Below are positions 30,001 to 41,731 of a DNA stretch of 64,000 bases, in pieces. The notes under the pieces were generated by a model. It was not told where the DNA came from, did no database searches, and saw only the letters and a list, made by a program, of their open reading frames with translations. Within the stretch, counting starts at the first letter, position 1. Each line of letters starts with the position of its first letter. The position numbers were made by a program, and so were the translations under genes. The DNA is from Eimeria praecox (taxonomy: Eukaryota): contig OY986946.1 of assembly GCA_963920595.1 (NCBI GenBank), forward strand, positions 4,960,001-5,024,000. The letters run 5' to 3'.

Positions 30001-32200
30001 TACACAACGACCGGCTCAACAACTCCTCCATCAAAGCCAACCGCTCGCCAGTGCAGCCGAGCCTGCCTGCGCCAAATAATCCTCCGGTATGCTGCTCTAG
30101 CCCATAGGCTTAATGCCCAAGATTCAGCGCATGGTCTTCTGGAAGCTTCGATCGCACAAACATTTGCGCAAACAAATGCACAGGAGCTTTGCATGAAACC
30201 CTATCACGTGTCCCGTCAACACATGCACTGCAGCACATGTACTACTCATCACCATCAACACGACACAGTCACTACCCAAGGAAGAAACACTTCCCAACCT
30301 AACACCCCACGCTGCCCACCAAAGAAACACAACTTACTCCTTCCACAGCGCTCCCGAAATATTACAAGCTGCACACTGTTCTAACGAACTCCCCTATCCG
30401 CTTGGCTCTTGGTGCCGTTCCTCCCCAATCAGACTCACGCACCACACTCACTCTAACGCCGCCTCTCATACTACTACAATCCACATCTCCACCCTTCACA
30501 CAACATGCCACCAACCCCAACCTAGCACCTCCTGCCTTCGCGAAATGCTCTACCACGACACCCAAAAAATAACCCACTACACACAATGCAACAATTACAT
30601 CCAGCATCAGCACATCCTCCACCACGCCATCCCAACTTCCTCACTTCGCCAGTTGCACACTTCAGGTGCATCGCCGTCCAGACATAACCACAACGGCCAA
30701 GGAGAATACCGTGCACCACCACATACACAACAGCCTGCCACTAAACACGCAAACCCACTACGTGCGCCCGCCATCCTTATTATCAGTACTCAACGCACTC
30801 TCTCCTATACATAACGAGCGGCTCAACAACTCCTCCATCAAAGCCAACCGCTCGCCAGTGCAGCCGAGCCTGCCTGCCCCAAATAATCCTAGGGTATGCT
30901 ACTCTAGCTCATAGGCCTAATGCCCAAGATTCAGCGCATGGTCTTCTGGAAGCATCGATCGCACAAACATTTGCGCAAACAAATGCACAGGAGCTTTGCA
31001 TGAAATCCAATCACGTGTCCTGTCAACGCATGCACTGCAGCGCATGTACTACACAGTACCATCAACACGACACAGTCACTAGCCAAGGAAGAAACACTTC
31101 CCAACCTAACACGCCATACTGCCCACCAAAGAAACACAACTTACTCCTTCCACAGCGCTCCCGAAATATTACAAGCTGCACACTGTTCTAACGGACTGCC
31201 CCATCCACTTCGCTCTTGACGCCGTTCCTCCCCAATCAGACTCACGCACCACACTCACTCTAACGCCGCCTCTCATACTCCTACAATCCACATCTCCACC
31301 CTTCACACAACACGACACTAACGCCAACCTAGCACATCCTGCCTTCGCGAAATGCTCTACCACGACACCCAAAAAATAACCCACTATACACACTACAACA
31401 ATTACATCAAGCATCAGCACATCCTCCACCACGCCACCCCAACTTCCTCACTTCGCCAGTTGCACACTTCAGGTGCATCGCCGTTCAGACATAACCACAA
31501 TGCCCAAGAAGAATCTCGCGCACCACCACATACACAACAGCCTGCCACTAAACACGCAAACCCACTACGTGTGCCCGCCATCCTTATTATCAGTACTCAA
31601 CGCACTTCCTCCTATACACAACGACCGGCTCAACAACTCTTCCATCAAAGTCAACCGCTCTCCAGTGCAGCCGAGCCTGCCTGCCCGAAATAATCCTAGG
31701 GTATGCTACTCTAGCTCACAGGCTTAATGCCCAAGATTCAGCGCATGGTCTTCTGGAAGCATCGATCGCACAGACATTTGCGCAAACAAATGCACAGGAG
31801 CTTTGTATGAAACCCAATCACGTGTCCCGCCAACACATGCACTGCAGCACATGTACTGCACATCACCATCAAGACGACACAGGCACCAGCCAAGGAAGAA
31901 ACACTTCCCAACCTAACACCCCACGCTGCCCACCAAAGAAACACAACCTACTCCACCCACAGCGCTTTCGAAATATTACAAGCTGGACACTGTTCTAACG
32001 GACTGCACCATCCACTTCGCTCTTGACGCCGTTCCTCTCCAATCAGACTCACGCACCACACTCACTCTAACGCCACCTCTCATACTACTACAATCCACAT
32101 CTCCACCCTTCACACAGCACGACACTAACCCCAACATAGCACATCCTGCCTTCCCGGAATGCCCTCCCACGACACCCATAAAACCCGCCGCAAGCCACAC
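1..32200 (+). repeat. Tandem satellite array, monomer 700-808 bp, 41 complete units plus partial units at both ends; continues beyond the left edge
   Basis: The anchor ATGCCCAAGATTCAG recurs at 209, 920, 1620, 2331, 3031, 3742, 4453, 5164, 5875, 6585, 7295, 8006, 8814, 9571, 10328, 11040, 11848, 12605, 13362, 14169, 14976, 15733, 16540, 17347, 18104, 18911 (GTG variant), then every 807 bp to 27788, then 28594, 29306, 30113, 30920 and 31727. Near-identical short ORFs recur with the same period. Confidence 0.98.
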
Positions 32201-34400
32201 AGCCCAAACAGAATCTCACATCAGCAGCTCTTCCAAAGCCTCCCCTTGGCTTCCCACGCTTTGAAGTACACGAACAAAAACCTAGAACGTGGCTGGCAAG
32301 CAGCCAATGGAAAGTATGCCTTGCACCACCACACTGCATGTGACGTGAGAGGCACTGCTTCACGGCAACTAAATGGTGAGCTGGTCTGCTCTGTATCGCC
32401 TTCTTCAACCTGCCCACCAGGGGCCCTGAGCCCTGCAATGAAATGCCTGGAACAAGGAGGCTGCAGTTGCAAACCTAGACGGCATGGTGCACCTAGTTCT
32501 TAGAGCTTTATTGTGGGTTCGGCAAGCTACACACGGCGTTCATGCACTTCCGCATGCACGCAAGTGTAACCACACTGCTGCATGGTGTCATCCCTCAAAC
32601 CTATGGACCCCGACAGGTTCAAGAACAATAAAATATCTAGGATCCCATCTAAAACCACCAGGGCACCACGATTAGCTGCGCAGTGTTAGGCTTTGCCCAG
32701 CCTTACGTTGCAGAGAGCAGCGCCTTCAGGCGCATCCCCTGGGGTTGTTAATGCATTGGAAAGCCGTCTCACTTTCCGCACAATATGATAATTGCTTCCA
32801 CAGCTGCAGCAGGCGTCTGAGCAGTCCCCATTTCATTCATGTCCTGCTCGTCCACCTTTACAGCTTACAACTGCCATAAGCCTCCATACAAAAACCAATA
32901 ACCCGCATGAGCGGATGCGCTATAAGAGCACATCTTTCATTGCGCGGAAACTGCTCAGCCATGAACATGCTTACTAAACGCCACAGCGCCCGAGCACAAC
33001 GGCAAACTCTACAGCAGACAAAGAGATTTCCGAAAGTACGGCCTGAGTGCCTTAGCAACACCAAATCGAGACAGAAGACCTCCACCAGCCGAGACTATCC
33101 CGACCCTCCCACATCCTGACAATCAGGCATTTCAAGACAGCAACACTGCCTGCCTAAAGCGAATCAGCAGGCACCGACTCCAATACAGTGCGCCAGATCG
33201 CCACCGATCCACCCCTTTCCCAGCTGCCACAAAGAGCCAGCCGACATGTGAGAAGCACAATCCTGTATGCTTTAAACTACATAACAGAGCGTTATACAAG
33301 CAAGATTCGGAATGGTCATCAGTTCACTCACGATCTGGGTGCAGTTGCTAGGTGAACTGCGTGGATAGGTGGAAAATGCCTCCCAATAAAACGCTACACA
33401 GCTTCGCTAGGTATCTATTGAAGGGAAAAGCTGGTTGAAGTTGATATGTTGGAGAACTTTGCTCACGCTCATCTAATGAATTCAGGCCAGCTTGTGAAGA
33501 CTGAACCTGACGTTAGATGGTCCACACAATACGTGATACTCATTTGACAACTCCAGAACCTCTTGTACACACATGTGTAAGATACTGACAGTGGCCACAC
33601 AATAATATCAGCATGGATCCACGTGGGGTGCACAGGCACACACAATCCACGTAGCAGGACGAGCACTCACACCCACAGGCAAGAGCTGCTAAAGGTTTTG
33701 CCCCAGGTTAGTTCCGCACTTCCAGTTTGTTTTAATCTCCCAATCTCACCGCTTGTGCAAACGCAGAATACCAAAATGTGCAGCAAAAGAAGCCTGATCG
33801 TCTACGATACCTCCAAGCAGTCCCGCACCCTGGCCCACTCAAGGAAAAACATATTTTATCGGGATATTGAAGCTGCCATTAACTGACACTCAGTGCATAA
33901 CTTGCCTTGCACACACCAGAAGGACGCGTTCAGGATACGCACCTTCCATGGCATCAAGAAAGCACCGAATTGGGCACGCTGATGTTTAGCAGCTGCAGCC
34001 AGGTCTGCACTCAGCAAGAGCGTAGTCGAGTGCTATGACAAGCAAACGCAGCGCATGATAAAACGTTGCGCGCATTCACCGCCCAGCGCATGGCAGCTTG
34101 TCCTTGTATAAGGAAAATTTCGGAGCTTAAGAGCGTGTCGCAAAGGCTAGATGCTAATAGCATTGCTCATAGTCTGCAGAGAACCACCTGCTACTGAAAG
34201 CACATTGGAAGCTAGCAAGGAGAGCACCATACCCTCTTCAGCGCAAATGCCAGTCTCCATGAGAGCCGAAATGCACGTGCAACTGCACGTCAGCAAATAG
34301 CAAGCACGCATAAAGTGGAAAATGCCTTTTAGGGCGTGGCGTCATCCGTCCTGCTTGCTGGGTTATTTGGAATCAACCCGTCTTGCACTCAATTAGCGTG
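32160..34400 (+). mobile_element. Fossil Ty3/gypsy LTR-retrotransposon pol remnant 1 (end of RT, RNase H, integrase), contiguous with the array
   Basis: VANLDGM at ~32466 resembles VAYLDDI. ORF 32792-32977 PQLQQA..QSP....P..PPLQLTTAIS...TSFIARKLLSHEHAY resembles the RNase H entry (LKQAL.SAP.L..PD..PF.LTTDAS...AF.SRKL..AE.NY). IHVGCTGT..VSSALPVC (33617-33730) resembles the integrase HHCC finger and KLPLT (33870) resembles the DFI.xLP motif region. Many stops and frameshifts. Confidence 0.65.
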
Positions 34401-36679
34401 CTGACCTGCATGCTGGCTACCTCCGCAAGCAATTGCTTGCCTTGCTCGATACTTCTAGTGAGAAAGGCAAGCCACAAACGAATCAGGGCTGCGCTGTATT
34501 TAGTTGTTTCTTTCGGCGTCCAGAGAAGGACAAACTTTGTTTTGCACGATTTTCTGTATAGATGAAGTCCAGCGCATCCGCCTGCCTTTTGACTGAGCGT
34601 AACAAACCCAGCCCGCACCCCATGCGCATACTTCGTGCTCCAAAACCTCTCTGTACGTTTATTGTCCACATTGCTCGTTTGCAATAGATCACAATCCAAC
34701 CCTTGCTACTAATGTCACCGTTTCGTCTTCCTACAGACAGAAAGCATGCAGCGGGAGCACAGCCTTTTGGAAGTCTCACATCAGGAGTACACGTGGGCTT
34801 TGTCCTTTATTTCCACTTACTGCGTGAATGCAAGGCTACGACTAGGCGGATGCAGCCTATGGAGGTCCTTTCCAGCCAGCGCCAGCAATTCGCAACGCCC
34901 ATGCCTACAAGCGCCCATGCTCATATGCTTCACCCGCGGCTCACCCAGCACCCACACGCACAGCTTTCATGTTTATGCTTTATTATGGAGCCAAATATGC
35001 CATAGAATCTATCCCCTCTACAAAATATTTGACTGGGAGATAGTTCAGGAGTATGTGGCACAAAGGATCCTACACAAAACCTGTGCAAACAGGCAATTGC
35101 AAAATGCATCCGCCTAATTGCTTCAGCCTCATGCGCGCGCTCACCATAGGAGGCAAGCCGGACACTGCAAATGGGTCTTCTGGAGCACCCTGACTCGTCA
35201 TAGTTTTATGGGCTGGTGTGGCGTGGCGTGTGTAGTTTGCCTAGCAAGGCTGTCCAGCGTTACATTTTCATCGCTATAAAGCAGCTCGGTTCGTGGAGTT
35301 TTACAGACAACAAATGCAGAAGCCGAACTCTCATATGCACTATATTCTTTCTACTTCAAAGATAGGCCCGCGGGATAGCCCACAGTGCAGCTTGTGGCAC
35401 TGCAGCAGCACAAGCAGTAGGCCTGCGTCGTGCCAGGAATGGCTCACTTCCTACAGCACCGCATCAGGTGAGTCATGAACAACGCAATATGCCCTATCCC
35501 AGTAGCTGCCGGTCAACTGATAGTACCCCGAGACCTCGGCAACGATGCGGCTCCAACATGGGCCTGCTGAAAGCGGCTTTCCCATCCTTACATGTCAGGG
35601 GTTGCGAAACATCGGCCTGACAATTTTGGAGCAAAGCAGATGCTGCTTTATGCTGCAATCTCTACTAAGCAAACGAATGTATTTGCCACATTGGAGTGCA
35701 TGCAACTCAGACCCAACGCCTTCACATATACTACGCGTTGCCGTATTTGACGACAAAACTAACTGATTCTGTGCAACCTCGTCAGCTGCACAGACTGGCC
35801 CTGAAGACAAGCTCTCGCTGTGCATGTGCAGCTATTGTCGTGCCGTCTCCACCGCACACGCACCAGCTGGAGGGAGCAGCAAGCCATCAACATCTTTACA
35901 AATGAGACAGCACTGCCAGGCAGCATACAATATCGTATCTTAAAAGAGTCTCAAATGCGTGCAACTCAGTAGCTGCTGTTGCATCCAGGATGCCCCCCTG
36001 CTTATGAGGAAAGACTCCCAACCCGAAGTGGTTCGGTTAAACCAAAATTACCTGCCAAGGCCCCATACATTTTCAACCAGGCCCACAAATTTAAAATGCC
36101 CCGTTCAGATACGTGCAAGCTAGCAACGGGACTCATTCGCCAACAAAGGGGCCAAATGCCGCGTCACAATTAGCCTTGATTCACCTGGCAAGGGCTATGC
36201 CAACGTTTCGTAGCACGCCTTCCGGTTACAAGCTCTATCGGTGGCTTGCTTCTTTGCAATAAGCAAACGCTACCACTAATCCAATCTAAACGCAATAGTT
36301 CTCCAGCTCGCTGACTTCTTCATCAGAGGCCCGGAGTCTCAGCCCGACCGGTGTTGGAGTGATCCCCCTGAACGCACGCAGGAGCCTTGTTCCTCACAAG
36401 TGGATCGCACTTTGAGCAAAGAACACGCAACTGATGCAAGGACCCTTTTGCTAATATGATGAGTGCCGGAAAGGACCGCATACCTTCCAACAATCAGCTT
36501 AGAGTACTGTGAGCGTCAGCACCACACCCATGAATTCGTTCAATTACAAAATGTGCCCGTTGCACCTCCATCTGCTCCGGCCAAAATGTAAGCCTTGCGC
36601 TGATTTCTTGTCGGGTATTCAGCGGCATTAGGCGTGCCAGTGACAAACTTTCTGGAGTGATGTAGAAGCGGGCGGACGC

Positions 36680-38300
36680 TCAACAGCTGGTGTTTGCAAT
36701 ATTCGCAGTTCGCAGTCACTTGCATCCAGGCATCCACAAAGCAGAGTTTTCATCCACGCATTTGATGATGCGTTTGAAGCGAATGTAGACACTGAAAGCT
36801 TCCACTGGCAAATGGCACTTTTTGTACAGGGGACTCCATAGAGCATACAGTATTAAGCATGAGTGGCGCAAACGCCGTTCAACACGTTATATTAATGGTT
36901 GAGAAATGCGATCGACGCTGGAGCAGTTCATCTGTGGCTAAAAACAAATATGCAACCTTCATTTGCGTACTAGCTGTGTTGCATAGAGGCAGGGGGCACA
37001 CCTGCATGAACATCTTTCTACATGAATCCAGTGATTTTTACTCCCTCCCCTAGCAAGCTTTGCCGTGCTGCGCTGTGCAGCGGGTGTCAAACTAGCATCC
37101 AAAATGAATTCGTCCAGAGGCAGGTCTTCAGCAGCCATCTTGGTGTTGCAAGGAAGATGCTGATACAAGCACTGGCAAACAGCTCAGCATGTGCCACTTT
37201 GGTTTGGCCAACGACACGTCGCAGTGATTGAGTGCTTCGAGCAGGCGTGAGCCAACTGTACTCAAACGTGAGTTGAAGGCCCGATCACTTTTTTTAACTC
37301 CTGTGGGCTCCTTACAATGCGATAGAACAGAAGGTGAAAGCTTTTGTGACCGAACAAGTTGATCTCTCTCAGGGCTCTACGCCAAACATGCAGTACCGTG
37401 ATGGCGCTAGGTCCCTATCCGCCTGCACTGATTCCGCAATTCTACAGCAGAGGCCACATAATGGAATAATACGCCGTCTTCAGTTCGTGTATCATTTCCA
37501 TACCGCGGTGCCACTAATGCAACTGCACACCAATCATCGTATGCGTTGGGCGATGACGGACTCGCTGCACCGAATAAACAGGCTTAGCCTAATCAGCTAT
37601 GAAGTACCATTTTGCTGCTTCTCCCTGGCAAAAAAATTGTAGCGAATGGCAATGGTGCTTCGGTGGCAAAGTGCTCGCACACGTATGAGAAACTTTTTGA
37701 ATGCAAGAAAGCTGACGCATTCAAGATGGTTCTCCCACGTGTGCAAGCAAAAGCCAAAACATAACGAAGATAACCTTGGCGCCTAAGCCCCCAGAAACAC
37801 CCCTCATTGCCACCAGCAATCTTTGATTTCCCCAGGTGTCGAATCCTTACAGCCATGAACCTTCTTGCCAGTACCTATAGCTGTAGCTGCTCAGTTGTTG
37901 GTGTTGTACGTGGAAGAACATATGCACATCCAGGATGCATTGGCCGCAAAAATAAGCGTCAAAGGGTTTCCCCTCAAAAGCTGGCCTCCTCTTGCCAATG
38001 CACGGTTTTGACTGGGGCGATCAGAGCAACCAGCCTAAAGAGTCGCACTGATGCCGCCTCTCGCAGGCTTACCAGCCTCCATTGCGCGTTAAGCCATCTG
38101 CAGGCGCATGCTACAAATATACCCCCCACTGCTAAGCCATAACCATTAAACTCCGGCAACGTAGATCACGATTGTCAGACCCTACATGCACGCACACGAT
38201 GCCACATATGGAAATGCAGAAGTTGAAATAATCCTTCGGCAGGCCTGGATTATGCCATGTCTGCGTGCTCATGTGGACAGCATTACCACACTTGCAATCA
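36680..38300 (+). mobile_element. Fossil Ty3/gypsy pol remnant 2 (RT, RNase H, integrase)
   Basis: One reading frame carries AFDD (36758), F...WLRNAIDAGAV (like F...FLGHVISAGGV, at matching spacing), SD*VLRAGVSQ..RPDHFF, YNAIEQKVKAFV, CTDS..RRLQFV and TDSLHR (RNase H motifs). Downstream are SPTCASK..LAPKPPETP (37731-37803), FDF, TYAH and ATNIPPTAKP (integrase-like). Confidence 0.55.
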
Positions 38301-38755
38301 TGGTAGCCCTTTCTAGCGGCTTTCTACTGCAATATGGAGTGGTTGGCAAAGATTTTCCCCTCAAGTTACTACTTCAAAAAGCACCGACTCTCCCTTAAGG
38401 ATATAACCAAAACTCCTAGACACCAACTGCGCTAGGTGACAGACGCATCCATCTTCATAGCTGTCCTTGATGCATTCAACAGCCACCCGGACCTCAGCAC
38501 GCCGCTCAAGTCGGGAGGTTTAATGGTTGCACTCTAACTTGGCGGGCTTAGCTGTTCGGTGCACGAAAATGCCACAAATTCACGTTCGACGTTCTTATAG
38601 GACAAAAACTTGAGACTCGCGGCTGTGTAGTGGATGTAGGACTTGCACACTTGCCGCATCCTATCAAGAGGTAGCAGCCATCGGCAGGTACCTCCTATAA
38701 GCCCCGGATATCAAATCAGCGAGAGCCGCAGGCGGATGATTGTGTTGAATGCGAA

Positions 38756-41000
38756 TTGTGTGAGGTGCTCAGCCACACACCAGTGCGCTTCAGCAACGGA
38801 GTAGCAAGCTCACAGAGACCGGTTTGGCTCAGGTGCAGCATGGACATACGAACTCAGGCCCGCTATTACCTGGCAACACCTTTCTGCAGAAACGTACAAG
38901 CTTCACCCGAAGCCACAACGGTCAAGGCGCGCACCAAATTGGGATGCCAGGTAAATTTATCCCCCAAGCACCAACAAATCGCACACCTCCGAACACCTTA
39001 TGCGGGTTCACCGCTAGAGTATCAGCTCCTCGTGCAAAACAAAATATGCTTTGGGGCACACAACGAGCGTCCAACGCAAAACGGGCGACTACATGCACAC
39101 GAACTATTTCCGAATAAGCCTTGGTATTGGCAGCACGAAATGACACCGTTTGTCAAAAACGGTTCTCGTTAACGCGTAATGCAAACCGGCATGGATTTGA
39201 CGGATAGCCCAACCGCAAAGCTAGTTGGAGGCTCCGGTGTGCCCCCCGCAAAATCCTACATCTGCTTAATACGTGACAATCCATGATACATTCTAGTGTA
39301 AGCGCTCTGCATGCAACTTCAAAAGGGCACAACGACGCGTCTCTCACTGCGCATTAAACTTGGAAACAAACAGTCTCTGATCGCGTGCTGTACGGAGCAC
39401 TACGCGGCCTCAGCACTGTATTTAGCATCTTCTCTGTGCTGTTTTCATCCGCTCGGAAAGTCATACTCGACATGGCATGCACACCGCCCGCATGCACCAA
39501 CGGTGCACCCGTACTCGCTGATTTTGTCCAAATGCACCATTTGGGCTGGCTCCTTGTCTCTTCCCGTCGGAAGCGAAATGAATAGCCGTAGATGCACAGG
39601 CACGTAACACGTGGTCAATCAAGAGACACGATATATCTAAAGCGTATGCCCAAATACGCCTTAGATCCAGGCAGCAATGCTGGTCGGCGGTTCGGATCTA
39701 TCTGGCGAAGCCTTGCTTGCCATTCCAAGATAATTCAGTTCTGCGCCCCGCGCATCAATTCAAAAGCAAACGCTTAGCTGGAACCGGCGCACACGCAAAC
39801 GTGAGCAAGCCTGCTTACCCCAACGAACAAAGCCTCACGCAGTAAAGGACAGTTCCCTGGCATGCTAGAGCGTTGCACCTCAAACAACTGCATCTACAAT
39901 CCAGCCGGTGCTCGAGCACCAAACATCGCGCAAGCTAGAAACTGGTCCGATCCATTCCGATCCATCTGAGTTCCGTGCAGTTATGTCCTACGATTTAAAG
40001 CCCATGCTTATGGTATTGCCAACAAACACAACGGAGTCAGGGTAGATGCTGAGAAATACCACAGCAGGGGCCGCAGATTGACGGCGAGACGGTAGGAAGG
40101 AAAATTAATCGTGCTCTGCCGGACGCTGCGCCTCTCCCCTTCAAATTCCGTTGAGGGTAGCAGTCAGAAAAAGGCGCTTCAGCGTGCCGACGTTGCATAA
40201 TCTACAGACACGCATAGAGCACCGTTTAGTTGGTGTTACCCTTCCTGGACACAAGTTGAATGCCGAGAGACTTGTGGAGATGATACGGGCGGACATGGGG
40301 AGCTACCGTCACTGTGGAAGGCACGTCAGCACCTCTGCATAAGGCAAAGGTGCATCCATTTTCTTCTTTGCGCACATGTCTAACAGCGTCTAACATACCT
40401 TTGCCATTCAGGTGTGCGTCAGCCCAGCGGTTATTGCGCCTTCCCTTTTCATTCAACGCCAGCTTAATAGCGCTCCCAATTGAAACCAAAGCGCTAGCAA
40501 AGGCACACTTTCAAAAGCAGATAATAAGGAGCTAAGGGGCAGATGGTCCCAGGAGCGTCACGGCATAAGCGTTAGATACAATGAGTTGTGATGGTTTGTT
40601 CGAGCAGGCGTTGGTGCAGTGGTGTAGCGCTAGCGTTTTCCTATGGAGGATAACAGCAAAACCACACCGCCGTATGTACCTGGGTAGGCTGCCAATGCTG
40701 TGAGACAGTGGCGTGACGTTAACCAGCAAATTAAATTCAAAACTCCTGGGTGAGACCAAAATCAGTAAGTATTTCGCATTCTGGAGTCCAGAGCAAGGCC
40801 AAATACGCTCTATCTGCCACCGCAGTTGCAGTTCACCCTTGAGACGCCGCACCAATACATAACACTATGGCAGCTAGTGCGTACTGCATTAACACTTACG
40901 ATTCATTCCTCTAGAAGTGCACTATTTCCGCAAGTCAGTATGGCTGCAGTGGTCGCAAAGGTACTATTTTGGCAAAAGCTCGCGCACAAAGAAAGGCCCT
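38756..41000 (+). mobile_element. Fossil Ty3/gypsy pol remnant 3 (RT, RNase H, integrase)
   Basis: ORF 38756 has PVRF..LRCSMDIRT..ARTKLG..RTPYAG..LEY....FGAHN (like PILF..LRMCIDYR..FSKLDL..RT.YG.FEY.VMPFGL.N). ORF 39592 has KYAL..WRSLACHSK (RNase H-like). ORF 40151 has RRFSVP...LQTRIEH.....LPGH (integrase Zn finger). SPEQGQ (~40785) and WQLVRTALTLTIHSS (~40868) resemble the integrase core. Confidence 0.6.
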
Positions 41001-41363
41001 CCTTTTTGCCTAGCGTGCGCAGAATAGATTGCTGTTGGATGCGCTTTCGTATGCCATTGGATGTAACGCACTTCCTGTGTGATTTCATTTCGGCTATGCA
41101 CTGAGAAACAACATTTTTTCTGCTTCCATGCCGCATGAGGTGAGGTATTGCCAGCGGCCTGCGCTTGCAACATTATCTCCAGTATATATGTATGGGTAAA
41201 TATAAATAAATAGACTGACTAATGGATGGATGAATTCATAGATAGATAGATAGACAGAAATATAGATATAGCGTTGCTTGAAAGAACCATGGAACCCAGC
41301 AGAAGTAACGCTCCGTTGAAACACTTCGCAGCGACAAGAATAAATGCATCGACCAACATCTAA

Positions 41364-41731
41364 ATGCACGGCTTCGCATCGCTTGTCCCGCAGAAAATAA
41401 ACACAACCGCAGCAGACGTCAGCGAGCACCATGTGCTCGCCACAGGCAACAGCAAGGCCAGCAGTGCATGGGTCAACGCTGGTCGTTTATGCCACAGCCG
41501 TCCATCGCTAACACATCGACAACCACCCGTTCAGACTCTCCTCATAACGCTGGACAGCCAACGGGACTCATGCACGTCCAAGCAAACACGCGTACCCAGT
41601 GGATCGCCACAGCATCGGCATTCATTAAATGTTCCCTTTACACCATGGTGAAAGCGACACTCTGGCCCCAAGTCCCACACATGAGCTCACAACTAGCCTC
41701 TTTCAGGCCTGTCAACGCACAGGTTACCTAG
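41364..41731 (+). mobile_element. Possible additional integrase-core remnant
   Basis: TTAADV, SPHNAGQP and QWIA..SA...Y...AT resemble TAADT, HPQSDGQT and W..LLPA..AYN..H.AT. Weak match. Confidence 0.35.

Noticed and set aside
1..32200. 5S rDNA tandem array (similar unit size; GCACGACCACATACC resembles a 5S start)
   Set aside because: I found no 5S box A or box C, no pairing termini and no oligo-T terminator, and the 5S-like words vary between units.
1..32200. Repeated short ORFs as a tandem protein-coding gene family or an active RT
   Set aside because: Frames change with indels between units, the RT-like motifs are scattered over three frames, and YxDD is not intact. G-poor composition also inflates ORF lengths.
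1..32200. CRISPR array
   Set aside because: The whole unit is repeated with no unique spacers, the context is eukaryotic, and there are no cas genes.
33469..34779. Minus-strand integrase-like words (LCVP.., ALDFI, TKFVLL)
   Set aside because: Their order is inconsistent with an integrase and conflicts with the better collinear + strand series; likely chance.
35170..35230. Retroviral-type protease remnant (VFWSTLTRHSFM)
   Set aside because: The position would fit, but there is no DSG/DTG motif; too weak. No LTR pair, PBS or chromodomain could be identified by eye.
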